Of a DNA stretch of 64,000 nucleotides, positions 43,032-53,075 are shown piece after piece. This stretch comes from Chitinophagaceae bacterium (GTDB lineage Bacteria > Bacteroidota > Bacteroidia > Chitinophagales > Chitinophagaceae), in NCBI GenBank assembly GCA_041486045.1, contig JBGPKR010000003.1, positions 4,295-68,294 on the forward strand, in the 5' to 3' direction. A model generated the notes under the pieces. The model made no database searches and was not told the DNA's origin. It saw only the letters and a program-made list of their open reading frames with translations. The number at the start of each line of letters is the position of its first letter. Positions within the stretch are counted from its first letter, which is position 1. A program made the translations under genes and the position numbers.

Positions 43032-45014
43032 TTATTGCACATTAAAACCCCCGTCAAAATAAAATTCCTTGCTGTTTTTTTCGGGGTGATCGTTCATCTC
43101 AGAGATCCGGAAATTACCGACTGAAATTAATTTCTGAAGGGAGGTTCCTTTCTGGCTCATGAAATTCAGCGTGAGTGTTAGTGAGCCAAAGTCCCAGTCA
43201 TCATGCCAATGATTATGCTGAATAAGCTTCAAAGTAAACATTCCCCCGCTTTTGAATGATCCCAGGTTTACGCCGTCAAAATAGGAGTCGCTTTCAACTT
43301 TACTGAATTTCGCCAGGTTCTCCTCATAATGATGCTTGATGTTTACGGTGTACGGGTTCCCTTCTTTTTTAAATTCAGAAGAGTTATCATAAAACTGGGC
43401 CACCCAGTGGAGGCTATTTGGGTTCCCGTATCCAAGTGTCAGCCAGAATTCCGAATCATTATTCTTGCTGTCGTTCCCGGTTGTAAAGTTTGCCAGCACT
43501 GATTGCAGCCCGAACACTTCGTCAGCCGGTGTGCAATTGCGGACGTTGAATTTATCCGTTGCGCTTTCCACGCCAAGGAGATTGCCTTTCATATCAACAA
43601 AACTGTATTGAATGGGTTTGGCTGAATTATAATCGCATTTGGAAAAAAACTGGTCCAGTATCGTAAAGAAGTCATCCCGGTTGGCGGCGAAGGAGCCCTG
43701 TATATTGGACGGGAACCCGATCAGGTATCCATTGATGGTGATCTTGATCGAATTATTCTTAAACAGGGTTTTAAAATCAAAGCTGGCGCTTCCGAAGCCC
43801 GCATTGTAATTGAGGTTTATTCCCCCCATATCGCTTTTGTCATTGATTTCGATATCCATATTGGCCAGCACGCGGGCTCCGTAGGTGACATTTTGTATCA
43901 TGACAAGCGGGGAATTGGAGGCAGGGACTTCATTCGTAAATACGGGAGATGACATTTCCACATTAATGGTATAAAGGGTTTTGATGGCATCGATAGTGTA
44001 GTAAATATGATGAGAACTTTCATCATGGGTAAAATTTGTATTGATCGAAAAACCACCAAAAGCCCCGCCTGCACTGGCCACAAGGTTCAATACATTCTGG
44101 TTGTCCACCATCGTTGTGTTGATCTGGTAGTCGGCTCCCGCCTGCCCGGGGGAAAATGACTTTACGATCGAATCCAACCCGGTACGAATGTTCGACAGTC
44201 CCGGATCAGACACCGTTGATGTTATTTTGCCCGCATTATACACATCGCAGGATAATTTCAGCGGATTGCGGTTCTTGTTAAATTGCTCATTAAAATTTCC
44301 CGAAGAATAATCATCGAAGCTGTAAACCATGCCCGGTACCAGGTACGAAGCCTGCCAGCCGGGGAGCGCATTCATAAAACTGCTGCTGCGTGCATTTACA
44401 TTAATGGTGCTGTTGACGCAATTCCAGCTGGGATTACTCTTGTCATTTGTCTTATTAGCTTGCTTGGCATCTATCTGTGGTTTTGCATCCCAGCTGCCGA
44501 TTTCGGAAGTGAGTATAAATTTTGTCAAATGCCCGTCACTGCTTTTCTTGGTGACGGTGTAATTATTCGTGAACGCCGGGGCTACTGTTTCTTGGGTTAG
44601 GCCGGGCTGAATGTTATTTCCCTGCATATTACGAAGGTTGCTGACTTGCTGGTTATTGACACGGGAGCTGTTCACCTGCCTGTTATCCGGTGCAGCCTGG
44701 TTAATGGTATTGGCCTGGTTGGTCAGACCAATTACGTTGTTTTGTACCGGCATCTCAATACCGTTACCTCCCTCAGGGGGTGATGTATGAGTGGGAAGAT
44801 TTGCCCGGTACTCCATGAAATTCACATTTTTTCGAACCGGTACATAGAAGTGATTAATGGCCGCAATATTATTATTATTATTAACGACCCCATTATTGTT
44901 TTGCTGATTAACGGGTTGCGTCGTATTGTTCCGGTTTTTGAACAACTTAATAATCTGCCCCTGTGAAACAGAACAAGACAACAGGGCTGCGATAAAAGGA
45001 AGTATCTTTTTCAT
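43032..45014 (-). CDS. Cholesterol-dependent-cytolysin-like (thiol-activated cytolysin family) protein
   Basis: LVPGMVY, RNPLKLS, VSDPGLSNIR, KTLYTI, IQNVTYGAR, KPIQYSF track the CDC core; no ECTGLAWEWWR; N/Q-rich N-terminal arm. Confidence 0.8.
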   Translation of the reverse strand: MKKILPFIAALLSCSVSQGQIIKLFKNRNNTTQPVNQQNNNGVVNNNNNIAAINHFYVPVRKNVNFMEYRANLPTHTSPPEGGNGIEMPVQNNVIGLTNQANTINQAAPDNRQVNSSRVNNQQVSNLRNMQGNNIQPGLTQETVAPAFTNNYTVTKKSSDGHLTKFILTSEIGSWDAKPQIDAKQANKTNDKSNPSWNCVNSTINVNARSSSFMNALPGWQASYLVPGMVYSFDDYSSGNFNEQFNKNRNPLKLSCDVYNAGKITSTVSDPGLSNIRTGLDSIVKSFSPGQAGADYQINTTMVDNQNVLNLVASAGGAFGGFSINTNFTHDESSHHIYYTIDAIKTLYTINVEMSSPVFTNEVPASNSPLVMIQNVTYGARVLANMDIEINDKSDMGGINLNYNAGFGSASFDFKTLFKNNSIKITINGYLIGFPSNIQGSFAANRDDFFTILDQFFSKCDYNSAKPIQYSFVDMKGNLLGVESATDKFNVRNCTPADEVFGLQSVLANFTTGNDSKNNDSEFWLTLGYGNPNSLHWVAQFYDNSSEFKKEGNPYTVNIKHHYEENLAKFSKVESDSYFDGVNLGSFKSGGMFTLKLIQHNHWHDDWDFGSLTLTLNFMSQKGTSLQKLISVGNFRISEMNDHPEKNSKEFYFDGGFNVQ

Positions 45015-45073
45015 AAAGAAAATTTTAAAGGTTTACAATTTTCCGGGTGTAAAGAAATTACATGTAAGGCCTG

Positions 45074-45172
45074 TTAGGGCGCTAACGCCTCTGTATTACC
45101 GCTACCTGTATTTTGTGCCATACACCATGCAGCATGAACAACCAGTATCGATACCAGGGATGTCCGGCGCAT
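45074..45172 (-). pseudogene. Possible 5' remnant of an S74-fibre gene
   Basis: MRRTSLVSILVVHAAWCMAQNTGSGNTEALAP* resembles signal peptide + AQNVGIGT..P. Confidence 0.4.
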
Positions 45173-45260
45173 AGAATAATTTTTACAAAATTTATTCTAT
45201 TGCCTTCAATTAGTAAATCATAATTAGCTGTTCACAGGTTTGGGTGAGCCGGAGGAAAGA

Positions 45261-45371
45261 CTCAAATATGACCTTACAGATAAAGTGGATCTTAAAAATG
45301 TGTATGCCAGGGTACTGAATAAATGGCCCCATGCAGATAAGGTGGCCATATTGGGAAAGAAATACGATTAC
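45261..45371 (+). pseudogene. Diverged duplicate of the DUF1501 3' end
   Basis: LKY(DLTD)KVDLKNVYARVLNKWPHADKVAILGKKYD vs LKYKVDFKNVYATVLNKWLNADDKSILNKQYE (35768-35863): 22/32 aa identical. Confidence 0.8.
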
Positions 45372-45449
45372 CCGGCTTTGTATAAAATATCCGATGACCC
45401 GTACCCGGGAACCGGAACAGGTGATGTTCTTTTATGAACATCGCCTGTA

Positions 45450-46934
45450 TTATTTTACTTCTTGCATTAGTTTTCTTACCAATGGCGAAATGATTAAGAG
45501 TACCACCCCGGCAATCAATGCATAAATAGCTAATTGTTTATAGCCAGAAGTATATAAGAGTAACTTTTCAGTCAACGGTGCATTTTGATCAGGCGATGCC
45601 ATCCCGGCCCCCAATATCCCGGCCACATATTGTCCATAGGCGCTGGCCAAAAACCACATCCCCATCATCATACCCTGTAAAGGTTTAGGCGAAAGTTTAG
45701 TCATGATGGAAAGCCCGATTGGGGATAAGCATAATTCGCCGAATGTGATAACGAGATAGGCAAGCGTAAATACATCTAATGAAGTTATCCCCTGCGCATT
45801 TGCAAAGAAAATCGTTGCATAAAAAATATAGAAAGCCAGGCTGAGAAACAGAAATCCCATTCCGAATTTTACAACGGTGTTGGGCTCTTTCTTTCTTTTA
45901 TTTAACCAGATCCAGATGATGCCGATAATAGGTGCAAAAATGATTACAAAAAGCGAATTGGCTGAATTGTTTACTCCGTTTGGATCGAGCGGAATAAAAC
46001 CCAGCAGTTTATGATTAAGATTATTGGCTGCAAACAAACTCAGTGAGCCTCCGCTTTGTTCAAAAAAAGCCCAGAATAAAATAGAGAAAATGATAAACAC
46101 AAGGGCAGCTACCAGTTTTTTTCTTTCTACTGCAGAAAATTTCGTCATCTCATAAAGCAAATAAAGTAAGGCAGCCGGGCCAATGATGTACATAAACCAG
46201 TCGGTATATTCGGTTTTGGTAACCATTTTCATAATAACGGGGATAATAAGCAGGGAACCGAGGTAAACCGCATACTCATACCATTTCCTTTTTTTATTAT
46301 CATTGTTTAACGGTGAAAGCCCGATCGGCCCCATTTTTTTTTGTGTAAAAATGAATGTGAGCAAACTGATGGTCATTACAATGGCTGCTAAACCAAAGGC
46401 AAGATTCCAGGAGTAATTCTTGCCAATGGCTATACAGGCATATCCTCCCAGCAAGGCCCCGATATTAATACCTGAATAGAATAATGAAAATCCTGCATCT
46501 CTTCTGCCGTCTCCGGTTTTATACAGGCTGCCCACCATAGTGGAAATATTGGGTTTGAAAAAACCGGTACCAATGATATTAAAACTGATACCCAGGAAGA
46601 AAAATTCTTTGGGGTCAATGGACAGGATCAGGCTGCCGGTTATCATGAGCAGGCCGCCCCAGAACAATGATTTTCTGAAACCAAGAATTTTATCAGCAAA
46701 CAATCCGCCAATGAAAGTAAAGGCATATACAAAAGCCTGCGTTGCACCATATTGTAAATTTGCCACATCATCCTTCATCATCAATTGATTCACCATGAAA
46801 AATGTCAGCATCCCTCTCATTCCATAAAATGAGAACCGCTCCCACATTTCAGAGAAGAACAGGGACCAGAGTTGTTTTGGATATTTTCCCTGAAAGGATT
46901 GTATTTCTTCCAGTGTTGCCTGTTCGTTTGCCAT
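45450..46934 (-). CDS. POT/PTR-family peptide:H+ symporter (copy 3 in transcription order)
   Basis: EMWERFSFYG, GGLFADKILG, GTGFFKPN, GELCLSPIGLS. Confidence 0.95.
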   Translation of the reverse strand: MANEQATLEEIQSFQGKYPKQLWSLFFSEMWERFSFYGMRGMLTFFMVNQLMMKDDVANLQYGATQAFVYAFTFIGGLFADKILGFRKSLFWGGLLMITGSLILSIDPKEFFFLGISFNIIGTGFFKPNISTMVGSLYKTGDGRRDAGFSLFYSGINIGALLGGYACIAIGKNYSWNLAFGLAAIVMTISLLTFIFTQKKMGPIGLSPLNNDNKKRKWYEYAVYLGSLLIIPVIMKMVTKTEYTDWFMYIIGPAALLYLLYEMTKFSAVERKKLVAALVFIIFSILFWAFFEQSGGSLSLFAANNLNHKLLGFIPLDPNGVNNSANSLFVIIFAPIIGIIWIWLNKRKKEPNTVVKFGMGFLFLSLAFYIFYATIFFANAQGITSLDVFTLAYLVITFGELCLSPIGLSIMTKLSPKPLQGMMMGMWFLASAYGQYVAGILGAGMASPDQNAPLTEKLLLYTSGYKQLAIYALIAGVVLLIISPLVRKLMQEVK

Positions 46935-46965
46935 ACAAGTATTTTAGATTTGAAAGATATATAAA

Positions 46966-46995
46966 AAAAGCTGACGGATAATACCGCCAGCTTTT
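46966..46995 (-). terminator. Intrinsic terminator
   Basis: - strand aaaagctggcgg-tattat-ccgtcagctttt followed by U-tract. Confidence 0.75.
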
Positions 46996-47011
46996 CAGCA
47001 ATTTTAATAAA

Positions 47012-48724
47012 CTATTTCACTCCTTTTTCCTTCATGACCCGGTTAAGCCATCGCAACAGTAAGAAAAGAGCAATCGCCGGTACTATAACAATAAAAAAAT
47101 TGGTTAAAAAGAATTTTGATTTATCGGCATATCCTTCCCACATGCCGGATAAGATACCTGAAAGTTTATTACCGATACTAACTGATAAAAACCATCCACC
47201 CATCATTAAGGAAGTGAGCCTGGGTGGGCTCAATTTTGAAACCAGCGACAAACCCATCGGGGAAAGGCAAAGTTCACCAATAGTGATCACACCATAACTG
47301 GCCAGGAGCCATAAAGCAGAAGCTTTATCAGCAGATGTATTTATTGATTTTACAGCTGCTACCATTACTAACGCCGATAAAGCTGTAATGAAAAGACCGA
47401 TAGCAATTTTGGACGGCGTGGAAGGTTCTTTTCCCTTTCTTCGCAGGAAGCCAAATATTCCTACAACAATGGGTGTAAGTACAATTACCCAAAATGGATT
47501 GATAGATTGAAACAATTCAGTGGATGCCAGTTTCAGGTCTTTCCCGGCAGCGGGTCTTTTTGATCCGGGAAGATTGGTGAAATATTTACGGGATTTGTCC
47601 CGGATCGTAATTGTTTTACCCAATTCTTTTGCAGCCACTTTGTTCCCGGCTTTTTCTAAAGAATCCTGTTGAACTTTTAATCCGCCCAGGTAGCTCTTCA
47701 TCTGTGCATCATCATATGATACAGATTCATGATAGTTAACCGTTTGAGCCAGGCCAACCGTATTAGCCGCTTTAGCTACTGCCGGTGATAATTTCCGGTC
47801 TGTATTATTTTCAGCCCAAACAGTGAGCGCATCGCCATTCTGGTGAAAAATGGCCCAGAAAACAACAACACATCCCATAACGGTAAGCAAGGCTGCCAAT
47901 GGTCTTTTATCCGTTACGCTGGCCCTGTACCATAGTGAGATATAATAAAAAACAACAGGCAAACTGCCAATAAGGAAAGCATCATTGCCATCTGAACCGA
48001 AAATATTGCCGGGTATTATCCAGCCTAATATGCCAAATATAAAAACAGGGATAAAGACTGTTGCTAAAACTTTATATAGCGGTAAATCTTCTTTTGTTGT
48101 GGGTTTGATAATGTCAACGTCTTTTACATGTTTCATGCCTCTTAAAAACCAAAGCAAGCCGATCAACATACCCACCCCTGCTGCTGCAAATGCATAACCC
48201 CACCCGTAATTGATCCGCATATAGGCCGCAACAAAATTGCAGATAAAGGCCCCGACATTGATACCCATATAAAAGATATTGTACCCAGCATCTTTTTTGC
48301 TGGCATACTTAGGATTGTTATAAAGATTACCGACAAGCGTAGAAATATTAGGTTTGAAAAAACCATTGCCAACAATGATAAGTAGCAGCGAAACATAAAA
48401 AGCTGTTTCACCGTGTATGGCCATACCTAAATAACCGGCAGCCATTAAAATAGCGCCAATGATAATGCTCCGGCGATAGCCTAATATCCGGTCGGCCAGT
48501 AAACCCCCAATAAAGGGCGTTAAGTAAACAAGGCCAAGATAGGTACCATAGATATCCGACTTTTTACTGGCGGAGAACCCCATGCCACCATTTTGAGTGC
48601 TATCGAACATGTACAGGGAGAAAATACCCAACATCAGGTAATAACCAAACCGTTCCCACATTTCAGTAAAGAATAAAATATAGAGTCCTCTTGGATGTGA
48701 GGTGGATTGATTAAGATTTTCCAT
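47012..48724 (-). CDS. POT/PTR-family peptide:H+ symporter (copy 2)
   Basis: EMWERFGYY, GNGFFKPN, ELFQSINP, GELCLSPMGLS. Confidence 0.95.
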   Translation of the reverse strand: MENLNQSTSHPRGLYILFFTEMWERFGYYLMLGIFSLYMFDSTQNGGMGFSASKKSDIYGTYLGLVYLTPFIGGLLADRILGYRRSIIIGAILMAAGYLGMAIHGETAFYVSLLLIIVGNGFFKPNISTLVGNLYNNPKYASKKDAGYNIFYMGINVGAFICNFVAAYMRINYGWGYAFAAAGVGMLIGLLWFLRGMKHVKDVDIIKPTTKEDLPLYKVLATVFIPVFIFGILGWIIPGNIFGSDGNDAFLIGSLPVVFYYISLWYRASVTDKRPLAALLTVMGCVVVFWAIFHQNGDALTVWAENNTDRKLSPAVAKAANTVGLAQTVNYHESVSYDDAQMKSYLGGLKVQQDSLEKAGNKVAAKELGKTITIRDKSRKYFTNLPGSKRPAAGKDLKLASTELFQSINPFWVIVLTPIVVGIFGFLRRKGKEPSTPSKIAIGLFITALSALVMVAAVKSINTSADKASALWLLASYGVITIGELCLSPMGLSLVSKLSPPRLTSLMMGGWFLSVSIGNKLSGILSGMWEGYADKSKFFLTNFFIVIVPAIALFLLLRWLNRVMKEKGVK

Positions 48725-48756
48725 TGTTCTGCTTTTAGTGGAAGATGAAAATAAAT

Positions 48757-48787
48757 AAAAAAGGTGACTATTCCAGCCACCTTTTTT
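48757..48787 (-). terminator. Intrinsic terminator
   Basis: - strand ggtggct-ggaat-agtcacc then tttttt. Confidence 0.7.
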
Positions 48788-48807
48788 TGGACAAAGGATG
48801 AATAAGG

Positions 48808-50595
48808 TTAATCAAACCCTGTTTTGTCTTTTACGATTTTATTCAATGATTTTATCCTTGAATAAATAAGGATACCACCAATAAAGGCAGCCACAACAAG
48901 GATAAGGAAAAACATTTTCTTATCAGTAAAATCATCCCAGAAACTCGTCATTACTCCCGCTACTTTACCACCGATAGACGTTGACAAGAACCATCCTCCC
49001 ATCATCAGCGCTGTTAGACGGGGTGGTGCTAATTTAGAAACTAATGATAATCCCATCGGGCTGAGGAATATTTCGCTGACTGTAAATACAAAATAGGTAC
49101 CCCATAACCATACCTGGGAAGCTTTATTTGTGTAAATGGAAGGCACAGACATAATAGCGAATACCATTACCAAAGCTGATAGACCTGAAATGAATAATGC
49201 CATTCCAAACTTGGACATGGTAGTTGGTTCTTTTCCTCTTCGTCGCAGGAAACTGAAGAAAGGAACAAAGAAAAGTGTCAGTAGTACAATAAATAAGGGG
49301 TTGATAGATTGAAACAATTCAGTATTCGTCAGTTTTAGATTTTTACCACCCGGCCATTGATCTTTTGGCACATTATTAAAATAGGGGTCAGGTCCCATCA
49401 CTAATACAGTTTTTGAAGAGGGGTCTACCTTATTTCCTGCAGCGGTTATTCCAAATACCCGTTGGGTTGTATCAGATTTATTGCCCTCCTTTGTTATTGT
49501 TACTACACTATCCTTCGCAATGATGGCGCTTGTATCTTTCACATCCACAAAATATTCATTCACTTTATTCACAAGCCGGGGGGTATCATTTACTTCCTGT
49601 AGGGGATATATTTTCCCTGTAATTTTTGCCGTTAAAGGCGAGGCAACTCTGTCGGTATGTTTTTCTGCCCATAGGGTAAGTCCCGTTGAATTTTGATTGT
49701 AGATCGTCCAGAAAGCAACAGCAATAACAAAAATGAATAACAAGGCACCTATTCCTTTTTTGTCCTGCCCCTTAGCTCTTATCCACAATGAAATGTAAAA
49801 AGCAATGATTGGTAAACAGGCAAAAATAAAAGCGTCATTGGCTTTGGTTCCCATAATAGAGGTGCCAAAAACTTTCGTGGGCAAAAACCAACCAATTACT
49901 GCTGCTATTATAGCAGGCAGGAATACAGTTGCCAAAATTTTGGAAAGAGACATATCCTCAGCCTGTACCGGTTTTCTTACATCTGCTTCCTTTATTTCCT
50001 TATTTTTTAATGCGGTACTGAGGAGAATCAAACCTATAATAAGACCAACGCCTGCTGCTGCAAAGGCGTAGCCCCATCCATATTTATTTCTCAGGTAAGC
50101 GGCAACAAAATTGCAAAAAAAGGCGCCAATATTGATGCCCATATAAAAAATATTATAAGCATTATCCTTTAATGGTTTGAGGTCTTCCCGGTTATAAATA
50201 TTTCCAAGTAAAGTGCTGATATTAGGTTTAAAAAAACCGTTGCCAACTATGATCATGCCAAGCGCCACAAACATGGCCGTATCGCCCGGAATAGATAAAC
50301 ACAGGTAACCGGCCGCCATTAATGAACCACCAATAAAGATGGATTTAATATAGCCCAGGTACCTGTCGGCAATCAAACCGCCGATAAATGGCGTCAGGTA
50401 AACAAGGGCAATGAAACTGCCAACTATATCAGCCCCGATCTTTCCGGAAAAGCCTTTCCCACCGGTAGTGGTATCAGTCATGTATAATAATAAAATACCT
50501 ACCATTAAATAGTAAGCAAAGCGTTCCCACATCTCCGTGAAGAACAATACATATAACGCTTTCGGGTGTTTGCCGGTTTTTGCAGGTTGATTCAT
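48808..50595 (-). CDS. POT/PTR-family peptide:H+ symporter (copy 1) with long extracytoplasmic loop
   Basis: EMWERFAYY, GNGFFKPN, ELFQSINP, SEIFLSPMGLS. Confidence 0.95.
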   Translation of the reverse strand: MNQPAKTGKHPKALYVLFFTEMWERFAYYLMVGILLLYMTDTTTGGKGFSGKIGADIVGSFIALVYLTPFIGGLIADRYLGYIKSIFIGGSLMAAGYLCLSIPGDTAMFVALGMIIVGNGFFKPNISTLLGNIYNREDLKPLKDNAYNIFYMGINIGAFFCNFVAAYLRNKYGWGYAFAAAGVGLIIGLILLSTALKNKEIKEADVRKPVQAEDMSLSKILATVFLPAIIAAVIGWFLPTKVFGTSIMGTKANDAFIFACLPIIAFYISLWIRAKGQDKKGIGALLFIFVIAVAFWTIYNQNSTGLTLWAEKHTDRVASPLTAKITGKIYPLQEVNDTPRLVNKVNEYFVDVKDTSAIIAKDSVVTITKEGNKSDTTQRVFGITAAGNKVDPSSKTVLVMGPDPYFNNVPKDQWPGGKNLKLTNTELFQSINPLFIVLLTLFFVPFFSFLRRRGKEPTTMSKFGMALFISGLSALVMVFAIMSVPSIYTNKASQVWLWGTYFVFTVSEIFLSPMGLSLVSKLAPPRLTALMMGGWFLSTSIGGKVAGVMTSFWDDFTDKKMFFLILVVAAFIGGILIYSRIKSLNKIVKDKTGFD

Positions 50596-50741
50596 AAATT
50601 ATTTTTAGTTTTTAAATCAGAGTCCTTGTAAATATAGGAAATCCCAATACAGAAATTTAACCATTCAAATATTTTTCGGTTTATCTTTAACGGATACACC
50701 CGATATTCGCAAGTCATTAAAATCCAACAACCCAATTAATC

Positions 50742-52022
50742 ATGCGTATCCTTTTATTAGGCTCTGGTGGCAGGGAACATGCCCTTGCCTGGAAACTTTC
50801 CCAAAGTCCCCTTTGCGAAAGCCTCTTCATTGCCCCGGGCAATGCAGGCACAGCACAATGTGGTGTCAACCTGAATTTTGGGGTTACCGATTTTGAATCC
50901 ATTAGAAAAGCCTGCATCGAAAAAAAGATCGATCTCGTTCTTGTCGGGCCGGAAGAACCATTGGTAAAAGGAGTTACCGATTTTCTGATCAGCAGCCCGG
51001 CTTTAAAAAATATGGATGTGATCGGCCCGGGAAAACATGCTGCCCAACTGGAAGGCAGTAAAGCTTTCGCCAAAGCATTTATGATGCGGCATCATATTCC
51101 CACCGCGGCTTACAAAGAATTCACTTTGGATAATTACCAGGAAGGAGTTCAGTACCTGCAACAACACGAATTGCCAATTGTATTGAAAGCCGATGGCCTC
51201 GCTGCAGGTAAAGGCGTGGTGATTTGTGGAAATCACCTGGAAGCTATAGCAGAGTTTGAATTGATGATTCAAAGGGCCAAGTTTGGAGAGGCGGGTAAAA
51301 AAGCGGTGGTAGAACAATTTCTCAAGGGGAATGAGATCTCTGTTTTTGTTTTAATGGATGGCAAAAATTATGTGCTGCTGCCGGAAGCAAAAGATTATAA
51401 AAAAATAGGAGAGAAAGATACGGGCCCTAATACAGGCGGCATGGGAGCCATAAGCCCGGTACCATTTGCCAGTGAAGCATTGATGAAGAAAATAGAAGAG
51501 AAAGTGATCAAACCAACCGTCAAAGGACTTCTTAAAGAAGGGCTTGAATACAGGGGCTTTATTTTTTTCGGGTTAATGATAGTGAATGATGAGCCATATA
51601 TGATAGAATATAACTGCCGTATGGGCGACCCGGAAACAGAAGTAATGATGCCAAGATTAAAAAATGATTTGGTTGAGTTGCTGACTGTTGCCGCCAGTCA
51701 GAACCTTGATACAGTAAAAATTGAAACTGATCCCAGGACAGTTTGTGCAATTGTGGCAGCAAGTGGTGGTTACCCCGGGGAATATAAAAAGGGATATGAA
51801 ATAACGGGATTAACGGATATTGATCCGGCTGATAGCATTCTGTTTCACATGGGCACTGCAACTGAAAATGGAAAAGTGGTGACCAGCGGTGGCCGGGTTT
51901 TTTGCATCGCATCTTACGGGAGATCTGTTTTTGACGCCCTCGAAATATCAAAAGAAGAAATGCAGAAAGTTTCCTTTGCAAAAATGCAGTACCGCAATGA
52001 TATTGGTTATGAATTCGCGTAA
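50742..52022 (+). CDS. purD: Phosphoribosylamine--glycine ligase
   Basis: LLGSGGREHALAW, LEGSKAFAK, LKADGLAAGKGV, DTGPNTGGMG, EYNCRMGDPE. Confidence 0.98.
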   Translation: MRILLLGSGGREHALAWKLSQSPLCESLFIAPGNAGTAQCGVNLNFGVTDFESIRKACIEKKIDLVLVGPEEPLVKGVTDFLISSPALKNMDVIGPGKHAAQLEGSKAFAKAFMMRHHIPTAAYKEFTLDNYQEGVQYLQQHELPIVLKADGLAAGKGVVICGNHLEAIAEFELMIQRAKFGEAGKKAVVEQFLKGNEISVFVLMDGKNYVLLPEAKDYKKIGEKDTGPNTGGMGAISPVPFASEALMKKIEEKVIKPTVKGLLKEGLEYRGFIFFGLMIVNDEPYMIEYNCRMGDPETEVMMPRLKNDLVELLTVAASQNLDTVKIETDPRTVCAIVAASGGYPGEYKKGYEITGLTDIDPADSILFHMGTATENGKVVTSGGRVFCIASYGRSVFDALEISKEEMQKVSFAKMQYRNDIGYEFA

Positions 52023-52076
52023 CAGCAATTATTGCTAATTTGCAGTTATTCATTTTTTAGTAATCAAGCACAGCGT

Positions 52077-53075
52077 ATGGAAGTACATTATCATGACTAT
52101 CTGCAATTGGATAAAATCCTGAATGCTCAATTTCCTGAAAGTGATAAGCATCAGTTACCCGCACATGATGAAATGCTTTTCATTGTTATTCACCAGGCGT
52201 ATGAACTATGGTTCAAACAACTGCATCATGAAGCTGATTCCGTTGTAGCTATAATGGGTAAGCCCACGCTGAATGATAATTCACCCGAATTGCAGACAGT
52301 TGTCCATCGCCTGAATCGCAGTGTAACGATCCTCCGGGTACTGGTTCATCAGGTAGACATCATGGAAACGATGACACCGATGGATTTCCTGGATTTCAGG
52401 GATATGCTCCGGCCTGCATCGGGTTTTCAAAGCTGGCAATTCAAAGAACTGGAAGCCAAACTGGGATTGAAATTTGATCAGCGCCACGGCAAAGAATATT
52501 ACACGTCACAATTGAAGAAAGAACATGTTGAGATAATAAAAAAAGCAGAAAGGAATAAATCCTTACTGGAATTATTGAATGGGTGGCTGGAAAGGATGCC
52601 TTTTTTAAAAGAAGGAGCGGACATTTTATTCTGGAATAATTACCAGAAAATTTACGGAACCAGCCTGGCCGATGCAGAAAAAAATAATATAGCTGCTTTT
52701 GAAGAAATTTTTAGTGATCATTCATCGGCTGCTGATCGTTCATTATCACCTGCAGCCTGCCGTGCCGCATTATTTATCATGTTATACCGGGGTTACCCGT
52801 TATTGCAACTGCCTTTTCAGTTACTCAACTGTTTATTGGAAATAGATGAACAATTAAGTTCATGGCGCTACCGGCACATGAATATGGTGCACCGGATGAT
52901 CGGGACGAGGATCGGCACCGGCGGCAGCAGCGGCAAAGATTACCTGAAAGCCGCAGCCGAGAAGCATTATATTTTTAAAGAAATTGCACAATTGAACAGT
53001 TTCCTTATTGAAAGGAGAAAACTTCCGGCACTTTCCGGCGAAATTGAAAGGCAATTAGGTTTTGGATCGGTTTAG
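52077..53075 (+). CDS. kynA: Tryptophan 2,3-dioxygenase
   Basis: YHDYLQL, HDEMLFIVIHQAYELWFK, ASGFQSWQF, RIGTGGSSG. Confidence 0.93.
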   Translation: MEVHYHDYLQLDKILNAQFPESDKHQLPAHDEMLFIVIHQAYELWFKQLHHEADSVVAIMGKPTLNDNSPELQTVVHRLNRSVTILRVLVHQVDIMETMTPMDFLDFRDMLRPASGFQSWQFKELEAKLGLKFDQRHGKEYYTSQLKKEHVEIIKKAERNKSLLELLNGWLERMPFLKEGADILFWNNYQKIYGTSLADAEKNNIAAFEEIFSDHSSAADRSLSPAACRAALFIMLYRGYPLLQLPFQLLNCLLEIDEQLSSWRYRHMNMVHRMIGTRIGTGGSSGKDYLKAAAEKHYIFKEIAQLNSFLIERRKLPALSGEIERQLGFGSV

